From contig OZ024744.1 of NCBI GenBank assembly GCA_964016885.1, positions 69,874,001-69,938,000 of the forward strand: a stretch of DNA of 64,000 nt. Direction: 5' to 3'. Each line of letters starts with the position of its first letter. Position 1 is the stretch's first letter. Below are positions 41,237 through 56,573 of this stretch, piece after piece. The DNA is from Eledone cirrhosa. Lineage: Eukaryota. A program made the position numbers and the translations under genes. The notes beneath the pieces were generated by a model. It ran no database searches, had not been told where the DNA came from, and saw only the letters and a program-made list of their open reading frames with translations.

Positions 41237-41840
41237 GTGCTACTGGTAACATGTAACCCAGTACAACCTGTCACATGGTCGGGTAGTCGGCGACTAAACC
41301 GGCAACCCCACCAGGTTTACTTGGTGAGGAGGGTGATTTTGGACATCCTGCAGGACAAAAAACAATACCTGACAAAGGGCGGAAGAACTCATAAGAGTCA
41401 ACGGCCATCCAAAAGTGTGTAAATATGTATATACACATGTACATATGTATGTATATGTGTATATACATGGGTGCTTGTGTATATATATGCGCAGGGACGT
41501 AGAAATAGTCGGGCTGGACACCCGATCGCGCGGTTAAACCACTAGGTGTGAAGGACCCCTAGCTTTTGTCTGGGCATTCTTCTAGGAGAAGGCAACTCAG
41601 AAAACTGGGATAACTCCGATATAAAATCTGCGGCTCAGTAGTTACCGATGATGTTGATCTTTTCTTCTTTTCGGGTTATAGCTACTGTCGCCCAGAGAGT
41701 GGGATTGGCTCAGTGCACAGTCTTTCCTCACTTTACAAAATATCTTCACGCACAGGACTGCACGAAAGAATTAATTAATAATTATTAATAATGGTATATC
41801 GTGCAATGGCCATACTCGATAACGAATGGGCAGCCATCAT
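41237..41840 (+). mobile_element. non-autonomous element with RTE-type 5' leader (family D), tail in (ATGT)n
   Basis: ggcaaccccacc, gggcggaagaac and ctaggagaagg..aactc motifs; inverted copy at 42277-42880. Confidence 0.65.
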
Positions 41841-42276
41841 GTATGTATATATGTATGTATGTGTGTATATATGTATGTATGTATATATGCATGTATGTAT
41901 GTATGCATGTATATATGTATATATGTATGTATATATGCATGCATGTATGTATGCGTGTATGTATGTATGTATGTATGTATGTATGTATACATGTATGTAT
42001 TATGTGTTTATGCATATATGTATGTGTCAGTGTGTCTGTATGTATGTGTGTGTATGTATGCATGTATGTATACATGGATGTATTATGTGTTTATGTATAT
42101 ATGTATATGTCAGTGTGTCTGTATGTATGTGTGTGTGTATGTATGTATGCATGTGTATGCATTCACACACAAATATATATATATATATACAGTCATACAT
42201 ATATACATAAAAACATACATACATACATACATATATACATAAAAACATACATACATACATATATACATAAAACATG

Positions 42277-42880
42277 GTGGCTGCCAACTCGTTTCCGAGT
42301 ACGGCCACTACTTTATATCCATCTAGGAGAACCCCTACCGATGCGCTGAACGAGTGTGACTTTTTAGTCCAGCCAGCGACTTGAAAACTCTGGTACAAAC
42401 AATATACTTGTGACAATTATTGTCACATAGTGCTGGGCCCATGGTACCATGTGACGACAAGTGCAGAGAGATCTCCAGATATAAAGCAATGCCTGTGCCG
42501 TGAAGCTTTTATAGTAAGCAAAGGCACTGCACAAAGCCAGTCCCACTCTCTTAACCAAGATGATATTTACCAAAAAGAAGAACAAGTCAACATCATTGGA
42601 TACCATCAGGGTTGCAGGTGTTATATCAGAGTTTTCCTTCTCCTAGAATTCTGCCTTGACAAAGGCTAAGGGGTCATCTCTCCCGGTGATTTTGGATGGC
42701 CATTGACTCTTAAGAGCTCCTTTGCCCTTTGACAGGTTTTGTTTTTAGTCCTGCAGGATGTCCAAAGTCACCCTCCTCACCAAGAAACCTTGGTGGGGTT
42801 GCCAGTTTAGTCGCCAACGACCAGACCATGAGACAAGTTGTACTGGGATACATGTTACCAGTAGCACCAACTGGTGACCT
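42277..42880 (-). mobile_element. family D element
   Basis: homologous to 41237-41840. Confidence 0.65.
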
Positions 42881-42965
42881 GACATACATACATACATACA
42901 TACATACATACATACATACATACATACATACATACATACATACATACATACATACATACATACAT

Positions 42966-43428
<463 letters not shown>

Positions 43429-43549
43429 GTACATATATACATACACACACACATACATACACATACATACATACATACATACATACATACATACATACAT
43501 ACATACATACATACATACATACATACATACATACATACATACATACATG

Positions 43550-44275
43550 ATGTGATAACAAGTGCAGACTCTGCAGAACTAACATCGAGGATATCACCCA
43601 TGTCATCAGCAGCTGTCCAAAGATGTCATCGCGGTACTATCTACCTATGAGGCATAATGAAGTGGCCAAACACTGTACAATGCAATTCGTAAAAAAGATA
43701 GCCCCGATAATAAACACATTAAAAGCTACAGCAATGTGGAAGACATCCATGTGCATAATATGAAAGAGTACTGGTGGAATGTTCCAGTAAAAACCCCAAT
43801 AAAATGTAGACATAACAGACCAGATATTATGATATGGGACAGGGAGAAGAAAACATGCACAGTAGTGGAAGTTACCTGCCCAGAAGATGCCAATATAATA
43901 TCAAAGATTAGTGAAAAGGAGAATATTTATGCAGAACTGATGAGAAATCTGCAGATACTCCACCCTGATTACACCTTCAGATTTATGCCTGTGAATATTG
44001 GAGCACTGGGATATGTTAGTAACTGCCTCAATACAAATCTTGAGAAGCTAGGCTTCACAGGAACAGAAAGAACACAAATAGTTAGGAAATGACAAGTACA
44101 ACCCATTAATGGAACAGTAAAAATATGTAAAACATTCCAAACTTTTTGTATCTAATAACTGCCTATACACATATACAGATGCAAAGCATATACACATGCA
44201 CACATACAACTCAAAACATACACATCCACACATACAATAACATCCATATCTACACATGCATGCATGCATACAGAC
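43550..44275 (+). mobile_element. 5'-truncated R4/Dong-like copy (CCHC + RLE + 3' UTR) in (CATA)n
   Basis: highly similar to 35690-36425 reverse complement. Confidence 0.9.
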
Positions 44276-44414
44276 ATACATACATACATATACACACACC
44301 TACACACACACATACATACATACATACATACATACATACATACATACATACATACATACATACATACATACATACATACATACATACATACATACATACC
44401 ATACATACATACAT

Positions 44415-44700
44415 GATAGTTAAGCATGAGCATCGTGGATGAGGCTTCCTAGCCCTGCTAGGGACCCGCCTATGTCTAGCAATATCATGCATCGCAGAAA
44501 ATGTCACATATCAAACAATACCTGTGCTTGAAGCTTTTTTAAGTGAGGAAAGGCTTTGCACGGGGCCAATCCCACTCTCTGAACATTGAATGCATTTGCC
44601 CAAAAAGAAGAACTGGTCTACATCAATGGATGCAAACGAAGTCGCAGGTTTTATATCAGAGTGACCTTCTACTAGAGAGATGTCTTAATGTAGACTGGGA
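44415..44700 (-). mobile_element. diverged family D fragment
   Basis: tagaaggtcactctgatataaaacctgc, agagagtgggattggc. Confidence 0.55.
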
Positions 44701-44772
44701 GTCATACATACACATACACATACATACATACAAACATACATACATACATACATACATACATACATACATACA

Positions 44773-44803
<31 letters not shown>

Positions 44804-45026
44804 GTATGCATGTATGCATGTATGCATGCATGCATACATGCATACGTACATACATATTTATTATAAGGTTATAACCGATATACATGAAATTACATAGTAG
44901 GAAAGTTCACATTTTTTTTCTAAACAAATATGTTGACAATATAGATAGCTGGAAATTACAAACACAAATGCCATAGCTGTCAAAAATCAATGCATACACA
45001 AATATATCTCTTTTACTTTCATAAGA

Positions 45027-45247
45027 AAGGCGGTGGATTAGCAGTACCAGTAGAGCTTCAGACACCATGCTTTGCAGCATAGAGTTGTGGCCCTTTGCGT
45101 TCTGAGTTCAAATCCCACCGAGGTTAGCTTTGCATTCATACTTACGGGGTCGATAATGAAAGCACCAGTAATACACTGGGGTCCATTTAATCGACTTTCC
45201 CCTCCTCCTTCAAATTGCTGGCCTTTTGCCTAAAACAGAAACAATTA
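45027..45247 (+). mobile_element. SINE family A (long-tail subfamily)
   Basis: consensus match. Confidence 0.85.
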
Positions 45248-45319
45248 CATAAATATTTTCCATAAAAGTATAGAATCAAATCGAAAGAAAATATTAAGAC
45301 TATACTAAGTGCACCAACT

Positions 45320-45650
45320 GGTCACACTCCACAAGGCCGGAGCCTTCCACTAATAGTTTTTGAGAGAAGCCAACACACTGGTAGGGTTAACACGGGTGAT
45401 AACGAGACTGAGGCGCTAGAACACCCAAGCACCGTGCAAATGTACCGTGGAGTGGGTGGCAGTAGAACCATCTCAGAGTTGGCTCGATTTCTCCCCGGAT
45501 CCTGTGATTTCAGATGGTTAACAAAACCAGCTCTTGTTAGAAACAATCGGCCACATACACTGCACCTCAATATCTACTGGATGTTTTGCAGGCATTGCAC
45601 TGGAAGTGACCGCTTCCAAACAGCATGCTCCACTCGCTTTTTCTCAAAGA
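45320..45650 (-). pseudogene. RTE-type LINE C-terminal C2H2 fingers
   Basis: CSVCGRLFLTRAGFVNHLKS. Confidence 0.55.
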
Positions 45651-45809
45651 CATCACATACATTTACACATACACATATACATACGCACGCGTACTCACAC
45701 AGAGACACATTCGAACATGCACACAAACATATACATATACACACACATGCATACACACACATATACTCATACACACACAAACACATGCACACATACATTC
45801 ATACAAACA

Positions 45810-46110
45810 CACACAAACGTACGTACAAACTCACACTAATACATTCAAACAAACACACAGACAAACACACTCACACGTACAGTGACGCAGAAACACTATA
45901 CATACACTCATACAGGCACACAAACACATAAATGCACTCACAGAACCACTCATAGACTCACTCAAACACACTCAAACATACTCAAACACGCGCACACACA
46001 CACAAACACACACACGCAGGCACACACATACACACGTGCGTAAAATCTCACACAAATACATTCAAACAGGCATACACACAAATACACTGACACATTCCGT
46101 AACACACAAA
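45810..46110. repeat. low-complexity segment directly duplicated at ~47290-47590
   Basis: shared unique blocks gtacagtgacgcagaaacactata, gtgcgtaaaatctcac. Confidence 0.75.
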
Positions 46111-46217
46111 CACACACACACACACACAGACACACATATATATATATATATATATAATTATATATATATAGAGAGAGAGAGAGATACTTGGGGAGGGTCA
46201 TATTGTTATAATATAGC

Positions 46218-46592
46218 CAGAAATAATAACAGAACACACTCACTGTTTGGTTGGTTTTCGCTTCTGTATATTTTATATCTCCACAGTTAATTTATCAGGC
46301 AATCAATATTTATCATTGATTGACCAACGGTTAAAAATACCGATATAAATATATATACTCTATCAAAGTTCTTTCGTCACACATCTGCGACATCATCAGT
46401 GGTACTATTATGTTTCCTCCCGTTGTATTGTAATGCCTACGCCATTTTTTTTTAACCGTTTAACTGTATTTTTAACCGTTGGTCAATCAATGATAAACAT
46501 TGATTGCCAGATAAATTAACTATGAAGATATAAAAGATACAGCAGCGAAGACCAACCCAAACCAAACAGTGAGTGCGTTCTGTTATTATTTC
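46218..46592 (-). mobile_element. PLE-type fold-back element (arms ~46218-46335 / 46470-46592)
   Basis: inverted arms; hammerhead in spacer. Confidence 0.7.
46361..46404 (-). ncRNA. slightly degenerate minimal hammerhead
   Basis: UACCA CUGAUGA uGUCGCA-gaug-UGUGAC GAA AGAACU U UGAUA. Confidence 0.6.
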
Positions 46593-46603
46593 TGTGTGTG
46601 TGT

Positions 46604-46635
<32 letters not shown>

Positions 46636-47190
46636 AGTTGAGTGCTTAATTCGGTTTGTGTAAAGGAATTTTATTCCTTTGTTCCAAATTTGAATTGACC
46701 GCCAAAACCTGGAGTTACCTCCCTTCGGGAAAACCATGTGCCTTCTACCAGTGCTTACTACTAGCTAGCATTCACACCCGGGCGGACAAGAACGAAAAAC
46801 TTGTTGACGAAGTAAATTCCTTGTTCTATCTTCCAAAAACCATTAAGTTGCAGACCCCTGCAAGTGGATTTTGTCGATTTCGGATTTACAGAAACCTAGC
46901 GGAGATATTATATATTATATGTGATGTATATTATATGGTATATATCATGTGTTGTGTATGATGTCGACGCGATGGTCCAGGTTAGTCAAAAATGTTATCC
47001 TGAGTTCAGTTTTTTTCGTGGCTATGGTCACTGCGGTTCGTCTATCGGTCGCTGTTTTCAATTTGCAAAGCTGTCTAAACGTAATGTTATAACTCTAGGG
47101 TAATATACCCTATGGAGTGCTTAGCTGACTCCCAGACTGCATTCGTTAGCTTGGCTGCAACCAGAGCTTCGATGATGCTGTACTAAATTT

Positions 47191-47288
<98 letters not shown>

Positions 47289-48306
47289 TACATTCATACA
47301 AACACACACAAACGTACGTACAAACTCACGCTAATACATTCAAACAAACACATAGACAAACACACTCACACGTACAGTGACGCAGAAACACTATAGATAC
47401 ACTCATACAGGCACACAAACACATAAACGCACTCACAGAACCACTCATAGACTCACTCAAACACGCGCACACACACACAAACACACACACGCAGGTACAC
47501 ACATACACACGTGCGTAAAATCTCACACAAATACATTCAAACAGGCATACACACAAATACACTCACACATTCCGTAACACACAAACACACAAACACATAA
47601 ACACACACACGCACAAATGCACACACGCACACACACACGCGCGCGCGCGCGCGCGCAAACACACATATGCAGGTAGACATACACACGTACGTAGATACGT
47701 ACGTGAAATCTTACTCAAATACACCCGAACATGCACACACACACACACACACACACACTTACTGTGACACACAAACACACTTACATTGACTCATACAGAC
47801 TCACAAACACATAATCACATACCCACACACACACACACACCCACACATATAAGTATAATGAACGTAGCTGCGATAGTAAAAGATACACTTTTAAAAGCTT
47901 CAATTTCTTGTCGATTGTTTCGAATCCTTTCAATCATCCATTTACTATTGCCAATGTACACCTCGCTGCATTAACATTGCATATGTGCACCGTCTGCATT
48001 ATCATTGTCAATGTGCACCACATACATTACTATGAAGTTTCTACAATAATAACACAGCTTTTAATGTTCTCTAATAAGCTGCTTTGGTACACTTAGACAT
48101 TAAATATGAATATTTTCAATAAGAAACTTAGAATGATGAATGATTGGACATACTCATTCACGCATGCTTATATATGTGTGTTGTGTATTTACACACACAT
48201 TCACATATATCGACACTTACACACATACACACATATCTACACACACACACACACACATATATATATGAGTGTGTTAAAGTTTGCTTGAAGTATTGTGGAA
48301 TAATAA

Positions 48307-48691
48307 AAATAGTCGTTTTGGAAGCCTCAACAATGCAGATTGGTAAATGCAGATTGGTAAATCTCCGGATAACAGAATCAGGTGGTATTGAGAGAGAGAT
48401 GCAATAGTCCCTACATTTCGGATTTAATCCGAAATATAAGGACTATTAAATCACATCCAACTCTATCTTAGCCTTTTATCCTTACGGGATCGATAAAATA
48501 AAGTACCAGTAATACACTGGTTAATTGCTGGCCTTGTGCCAAATGTAGAAACAATTATTTCTTACATCTTTCCTATGTTCCTTTACGCTCTCTAGTCTCT
48601 TTCTACGCTTCCTCTTGCATCTCTCTCTCATTACCACCTGATCTGTTACCCGCAGATTTACCCATCTGCATTGTTGAGGCTTCCAAAACGA

Positions 48692-48697
<6 letters not shown>
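48307..48697. mobile_element. fold-back element; centre 48403-48447 is two hammerhead 3' halves joined through stem II; SINE A fragment 48470-48558 inserted
   Basis: ccGAA AUAU A AGGAC (+) and ccGAA AUGU A GGGAC (-) share ggatttaatcc. Confidence 0.6.
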
Positions 48698-48752
<55 letters not shown>

Positions 48753-48755
<3 letters not shown>

Positions 48756-48870
48756 CGAAGGAATTGTGGTAAGGAACCAGAGTACTCAATACTTAGGGTA
48801 GTAGAGTGGGTAATAGGACTGAGTCCAGAAATAGTCGTCGAAACGGCTTGAGCTCTGCCGTCGGAGTCAT
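48753..48870. mobile_element. family C fold-back element
   Basis: consensus match. Confidence 0.7.
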
Positions 48871-48874
48871 ACCT

Positions 48875-48907
<33 letters not shown>

Positions 48908-48912
<5 letters not shown>

Positions 48913-49056
48913 CAGAAAAAAAAGAGAATCAGTGTTGCGACGAATGGAATTTATTGGACACATTACAATCGTGTAATATTGGACATTTTACGATTGTAAT
49001 ATGTCGAATAAATTCCATTCGTCGCAACACTGATTCTCTTTTTTTTTTCTGTGATA
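48908..49056. repeat. fold-back (~65-bp arms, 17-bp spacer)
   Basis: direct reading. Confidence 0.8.
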
Positions 49057-49235
49057 TCATACTCTGCTCTATGAGAGCATTGAGTGCTCATACGGCCTAC
49101 CACATACGAACGCTTTAATCATATTTAAACAGTATATATATATACATATTTAGAAATAATAAATTTGAAGACTAAAATCCAAAGAGGGCTCGATAAGGAT
49201 AAATATATATCAAATATATAAGAACCGTAGAGCAA

Positions 49236-49352
49236 ATATTTATTAAAATAACAGATTAAAATTTAAGCAAAGAATCGCTGCTTTCACTCTTAACGGGATC
49301 TTCTGAAGCAGCGATTCTTTGCTTAAACTTTAATCTGTTATTTTAATAAATA
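49236..49352. mobile_element. fold-back copy of the CAGAAGA-hammerhead family
   Basis: matches 38550-38615; inverted arm starts at 49306. Confidence 0.75.
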
Positions 49353-49378
49353 TATATATATTTATATACATATATATA

Positions 49379-49472
<94 letters not shown>

Positions 49473-49610
49473 AGAGTTAAACAAGATTCAATGAGTACAT
49501 CAAAGAATGAGTTTTACAATGGATTGGAAGCACTCTACAAAAAATATTTTCCAGAGTTATTAATATTAATTCCAAATATTAAAAAAATAGATATTCTTGT
49601 GATCAATTAT

Positions 49611-49675
49611 ATTTTATTATACATATTTCAGAGGTACTGAATTAAGTTCAACAGTACGTCCTCATCAGATAAAAT
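49611..49675 (-). ncRNA. minimal type I hammerhead ribozyme
   Basis: AUUUUAU CUGAUGA GGAcGUACUG-uugaacuuaauu-CAGUACcUCU GAA AUAUGUAU A AUAAAAU. Confidence 0.85.
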
Positions 49676-51553
49676 AAAATGATACATGACATACCCTGAC
49701 ATGGTAGATGGTTGAGATTTAACCAAGGTAGTGATTAACTTATGAGAAAACTCAATATTTATACCCTAATATTGAGAACATGAGAAAACGTAATACAATC
49801 AATAGAGAGAGTGTGAGTAATATATTTTAGGAAATACATGGCATCAATGTAAAGTGAATTATTCTCAAACTGCCTTCATAAAGCTTTGTCTACATTCCAA
49901 GCCTCGCAAAAAGTCAGGAAAAAACAGTAAGCAATCAAGCCTGATTTTCGACGTCTATCATCAACTGTTGAACATATAAGTCATAACGGTTTATAAAACT
50001 TTAATAATGCTTTATCTTCTAATCATTTATAATGGAATTAATGTTTGAATGAATGACACTTGTTTGATAACTTGTTTACTTGATGGATATGCATACCCTA
50101 TGGTTTTTTTTTTGGGGGGGGGGGATACTTTTAACTTTGATTCAGATCTTTATTTTTCTGTCTCTGTTTTAAATATATAGTTTAGATATCTAACTTGTAA
50201 ATTTACTGATTTTAATTTGAACTGTGGAATATTCATGCGTTTGCATATTTTATATATATATATATTTTACTCATTTTGAGATGGTTTTGGGGGACCCAGA
50301 AAGTTGGATTTGCGTTTTGCTTTTTTATGTATATTTAACAAACCATAATAACTGACAAATATTGGTTTATTTCTCCACTGAACTGGAGGTAAAACTACTA
50401 ACAAAGATTATAATTGTTATTCTTTATTAAATGTATACTGTTCATTAATACCTAGTATATCTATATATAGTTTGTACAAATATCTTTATCTAGTGTAATA
50501 ACATAATCGTAGTTACATTTATATAAAACTACTAACAAAGATTATAATTGTTATTCTTTATTAAATGTATACCATTTCATTAATACCTCTATATTAATAT
50601 CTCTATATAGTTTATACAAATATCGTTATCTAGTGTAATAACATAATCGTAGTTACATTTATATAAATAATTTAAACACTCAAATGACATTATTATTAGT
50701 GTTTGGTTTTCCCTGGAAGGTCGAACTTATATAATCATTTACTTAATACAATATATGAACAAATAATAAATTATAGTCTTGGTATATTATGATCAATACA
50801 CACATATATATATAGCTGAAAACTCTGACTCTTTAAGTTTAATTATAAGACCTGTTAATACTTTAGGCATTCTAACTATTTAACAATAAATTCTTTAATA
50901 GTTATAACAATAAATATCTCATAAATTATATTATAGATGCTGTTGTCAATATTATAAGTAATTTTGGTAAAGATTACTTTTGTGAGGATATCTAACATTA
51001 TATGTATATTTTCTTTCTTTCGCGGGTTTCGTAAATCCTTTAAATTTGTCTTCATAAAATTTGAATTTTAGAAATTTAACATAATTATATTATAATATTA
51101 ATACAAATACCCATCAACTTTTAAAACCTAAAATTTGATTCTTTACCCTGAAATAACATGAATTAAATATTTTGAAAATTAACCGCCAACTTTATATGAA
51201 TATGTGTATGTAGAAACTTGAGCATAAATTACTCCCCTTTGTCTCTCTCTCTCTTTATTTATCTTTCATTTGTCTTCTCAAGCTAAATACTAAATAAGTT
51301 ATAACATGTCTTCCTCTATGCTTTCCTCTCCCGCATATTTCTCTAGTAGTTTTTTAAATATTAAAAATTCTATAACTGTTACATTGATGCCATGTATTTC
51401 TTAAAATATATTACTCACACTCTCTCTATTGATTATATTACGTTTTCTCAGGTTCTCAATATTAGGGTATAAATATTGAGTTTTCTCAAGTTAATCACTA
51501 CCTTGATTAAATCTTAACCATCTACCATGTCAGGGTATGTCATGTATGATTTG

Positions 51554-51618
51554 ATTTTATCTGATGAGGACGTACTATTGAACTTAATTCAGTACCTCTG
51601 AAATATGTATAATAAAAT
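51554..51618 (+). ncRNA. minimal type I hammerhead ribozyme (inverted copy)
   Basis: as 49611-49675, with one stem II substitution. Confidence 0.82.
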
Positions 51619-51677
51619 ATAATTGATCACAAGAATATCTATTTTGTTAATATTTGGAATTAATATATATATATATA

Positions 51678-51878
51678 TAACGAAGGAAATATGGTAAGGA
51701 ACCAGATGGACCATAACGCACCAAAGTACTTAATACTTAGGGTAGTAGAGTGGGTAATAGGAACGAGTAGGACCCCGACGGCTGAGCTCAAGCCGTTTCG
51801 ACGGCTAATTCTGGACTCATTCTGTCCAGAATTAGCCGTCGAAACGGCTTGAGCTCAGCCGTCGGGGTCCTACTCGTT

Positions 51879-51880
<2 letters not shown>
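51678..51880. mobile_element. family C fold-back element
   Basis: consensus match. Confidence 0.75.
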
Positions 51881-51954
<74 letters not shown>

Positions 51955-52341
51955 TGGACGCTGAGCTCTTTGTAGAGACTTGCCGACGCACTTTGAACTG
52001 GTTCAATTTCCACATGCGTTCTCGTCACACTAACCATGCTCGGGCCGAGATCTTCGCTCTTCGCAGCCTACTGCGTCGTGATGATATTGACATCAAACCC
52101 GCCGACAAAGGTGGTGCCGCGGTGGTGTGAACGCAGACCTCTATAGGACCGTGGCCCTCCGCCAACTTTATGACACCCTTTATCCTCTGCACCCACCGCA
52201 GGCTACCAACAGCTCGTGTTCTCCATCATTCGCCAACACATCTCCTAGTCTTTCCTGCCCCCAACAGCCACAAACCTTATAGTACGCACTCCTCGCACAT
52301 CCACCATCTACTTACTTCCCAAGATACATAAACCTAATAAT

Positions 52342-52551
52342 GGTTTCTTATATAGGCACAAGGCCAGCAACTTTGAGGGAGGGGGAAGTCGATTAAATTG
52401 ACCCCAAGTGCGTGACTGGTACTTTATTTTATCGACGCCGTAAGGATGAAAGGCAAAATTAACCTCGGCAGGATTTGAACATAAAGGACCGTAACTCTAT
52501 GCTGCAAAGCATGGCGTCCGACCCTCTACTGATACTGCCAATCCACCGCCC
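52342..52551 (-). mobile_element. SINE family A inserted in the PLE RT, 17-bp TSD
   Basis: tacataaacctaataat at 52325-52341 and 52552-52568. Confidence 0.92.
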
Positions 52552-53497
52552 TACATAAACCTAATAATCTCGACCGTCCGATCGTTTCTGTTTGTAACTG
52601 TCCTACTGAAATAATCTCACAATATATTGGCACCCTCCTCACCTCCTTTGTCACCGACCTCCCCTCTCACATCCACGACACCAATCATGCTCTTCGACTT
52701 TTCAACTCCTCCTTCTCTCCTGGTTCCTCTCTCCTTCTCTTCACCCTGGACATCACCTCTCTCTACACCGTCATTGCTCACGATGACGGCCTCTCTGACA
52801 CTTATTGAACCTACATTTCTACACCTCACCATAGCTCTTCCACTCTTCTCCCTTTTGCTGAGTTCGTTCTAACCCTCAATGGGTTTTCCTTTTTTGGGAG
52901 AGTTTACCAAAAGGTCTCTGTGGTAGCCATGGGAACCAGAATGGATCCGAACTATGCCAATTTATTCGATGTCTACGTCGAGGCCCAGATCTTCTTCCAG
53001 TACACAGAATCTACCCCTGAGCAATATGGTCATTATAACGACTACTGTATCGGCACCTCTTCTCTCTCTCTCTCTCTCTCTCTCGTGAACAATTCGACAC
53101 CTTTCTTTCATTCGTCCAGTCTTTTCATCCTACACTCACCTTCACCACCCCTGTTTCCGATTCTTCCGTCCAATTTCTCGTTGTTCCCCCCCCCCCCCCT
53201 CTCTCTCTCTCGATTACACTCACCACACCCTCTCTACTTCCATCTTCTACAAACCTACTGACTCTCACACACCTACCACCCCACCCACACCAAACTCTCT
53301 ATACCCTACTCTCCCAGTTCCTCCGTCTTTGTCGGCTCTGTAGCCAGGACCATATCCTTCCACCGTGACTCAAGCTGCCTTTACCCACGGCCCCTGATAC
53401 TGACCGCAAGGACTCAATCCATCCCAATAGTTCCTATATATAACCTTCCTTTATCTTTGCTCACACACACACATACACACACACACACACTCACACA

Positions 53498-53572
<75 letters not shown>

Positions 53573-54008
53573 CTCCAGTCACCACACAATACACGCCGAC
53601 ATTGACAACATCCGTATACATATACCACTCAATACACATCTACCTATGCACACACATACACACACATATAACCATCAATCCTACACTTTATGATGCATAC
53701 ACACGTATCACGTATGTGGTGCACCAGCCCACTCTCGCCATCGACACACACATTCCAGAACTCACGTGCTTGTATCTCTTGCGCTCGTGCTCTGTGTTCG
53801 CGTGGCACACATTGCCGCGATTGTGGTGTCGTCGGGTCGGTGTTGAATGTTTCCTAACATTTACTCCGTCCCCACCACTTCTTGGCACTATCCACTATCC
53901 ACCTCTGCGCATGTAATGACTTCACACTTTGTGGCTGAGCCGTTTGCGGTTGCACAACCTTATCGTCGCATCTAAAGCTAAGCAGCTTTTCTTATGACCA
54001 TACCACAT

Positions 54009-54410
54009 AATTGTTTCTACTTTTTGGCACAAGGCCAGCAATTATCCCAGTACATTACTGGTACTTTATTTTATCGACCCCCGTAAGGATGAAAGGTAAA
54101 GTTAACCTCGGCGGGATTCGAACCCCAGAAATGGCAAAGCTCGTAACTCTATGCGTCAAAGCATGGCGTCCGACCCTCTACCGATACTGCCAATCTACCG
54201 CCCTACCATACCACATAAATGTTTCTACTTTTTGGCACAAGGCCAGCAATTATCCAGTGCATTACTGGTACCTTATTTTATCGACCCCCGTAAGAGTGAA
54301 AGGCAAAGTTAACCTCGGCGGGATTCGAACTCAGAGATGGCAAAGGGCGTAACTCTATGCGTCAAAGCATAAAGTTACGACCCTCTACCGATACTGCCAA
54401 TCCACCGCCC
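54009..54410 (-). mobile_element. head-to-tail dimer of SINE family A
   Basis: accataccacataa present before, between and after the copies. Confidence 0.9.
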
Positions 54411-54668
54411 TACCATACCACATAATGAAATATAAAAGTAACGACCATATTCGATACCACCTCCTTTCTATACAACCACTCTCAGTTGCTACTATGTGTA
54501 TCTATGTATAAATAAGTAGAAATTCATATTTATTCTTGTACACGCCCATAGGTTGGTCAGTTCACCTGCGCACACTCACTCACACATCTACACTCTCACA
54601 GCAACCAGCCTGTCACTATCCAACGCCCATCAATCATAGGAACACACTTACAAACACACCCGCATGCA

Positions 54669-54699
<31 letters not shown>

Positions 54700-54837
54700 T
54701 ACGCACACGCATGGATACACACATGTCCACTGATTATATACAATGATTACCTCCCTTCCTAAACTCCTCTCATTTTCTACCCGTTCCTTCCTCTTCTCAC
54801 TATCTCACTTTCTATTTATCTTCTATTTCTAACTCTA

Positions 54838-54873
54838 TCTTCTGATGAAGGAATAGTGTCCGAAACGTTCAGA
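54838..54873 (+). ncRNA. minimal hammerhead at the 3' pLTR of the PLE
   Basis: CUGAUGA a GGA-auagug-UCC GAA ACGU U; weak stem I. Confidence 0.6.
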
Positions 54874-54918
54874 CTCTTTCCCTGCTATTTCAAGCGTTAA
54901 AGTAATATGTGTCACCAA

Positions 54919-55020
<102 letters not shown>

Positions 55021-55231
55021 CTACAGTTATATAAATATATATATTTCAAAAAGATGATTTACCTTAAATAAGTATTCTTTAATGAAGATGCGGTGTAAAT
55101 CCCCTCCATGGTACAAGGTACTCAATGTTCAGCGTTCTACTTCACATAGGAACTTATCCTTCACGTAACACTTCTGTCTTCAGAAGCAAACACCACCTGT
55201 AGTATTTCGTATATATATATATATATATATA

Positions 55232-55338
<107 letters not shown>

Positions 55339-55707
55339 AAAGTAAACAGATATAACAAAGAAAACTATAAAGTACAATGAAGAAATATATTGGTTTTACA
55401 CTTGATATAGTAGGAAAAGAAACTTAACGTTTCGGACGTTAATCCTTCATCATAAAATAGAATGAGAAATTAAAGAAGAAAAAAAAGAAAGAGGAGAGTG
55501 AGCAGTGGCAGAAACGAAAATAAATTCCTGGGGAAAAAACAGGTCTGCTCAGGTCACCAGGTTTGGTAGTGGTTCACCACTGGATAGAACTGGTCATTCC
55601 GTATAGTAAACCATGATGAAATATTAGGAAAAGCACTCGACGTTATTCAACTCATCCAACTTCGATGTTGAATCTTGTTGGTGGTGCGAAAACGGGATTA
55701 ATTATTA

Positions 55708-56037
55708 TTAAGTAAAATGACAGGAGGCCAGACTGGTGAAATTCCTTCAAAAGATTTATTATAGCAAACACTGTAAGATTCTGGCGACATCGTCAGGTGT
55801 TTATTACATACAGGTTATATAATAAATGAATAATGGTAAAAACAATCCAAGAGACTATAAAAAAAACAGAGAAAAATGTTTTTGACTCGAAGGCGGTCAG
55901 GGCCAGTTGTTGCCAGTTTGGCTGACCACCTTCGAGTGAAGATTCTCATCAATTTCGTCTGAAATGTACACAGTGTTTGCTAAAATAAATCTTTGAAGGA
56001 ATTTCACCAGTCCGGCCTCCTGTCATTTTACTCGATA

Positions 56038-56038
<1 letters not shown>
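55708..56038. mobile_element. fold-back element with eroded hammerhead (AAACAC CUGACGA ... GAA ... A GUGUUU at 55765-55803, minus)
   Basis: arms 55708-55775 / 55970-56038. Confidence 0.55.

Positions 56039-56573
<535 letters not shown>

Larger units (their letters stand above)
49470..51665 (-). mobile_element. decayed Penelope-like element with sense 3' pLTR (~49470-49852) and inverted 5' pLTR (~51378-51665)
   Basis: inverted arms with hammerheads; internal YYGLLNIHKK resembles PLE FYGLPKIHK; ~140-bp tandem duplication 50390-50665. Confidence 0.7.

Noticed and set aside
41240-41335. Twister or HDV-like ribozyme in the family D leader
   Set aside because: UAA-CAUG...CAUG resembles twister P2, but the L4 and GAGG pseudoknot partners do not fit; the HDV L3 would be too short
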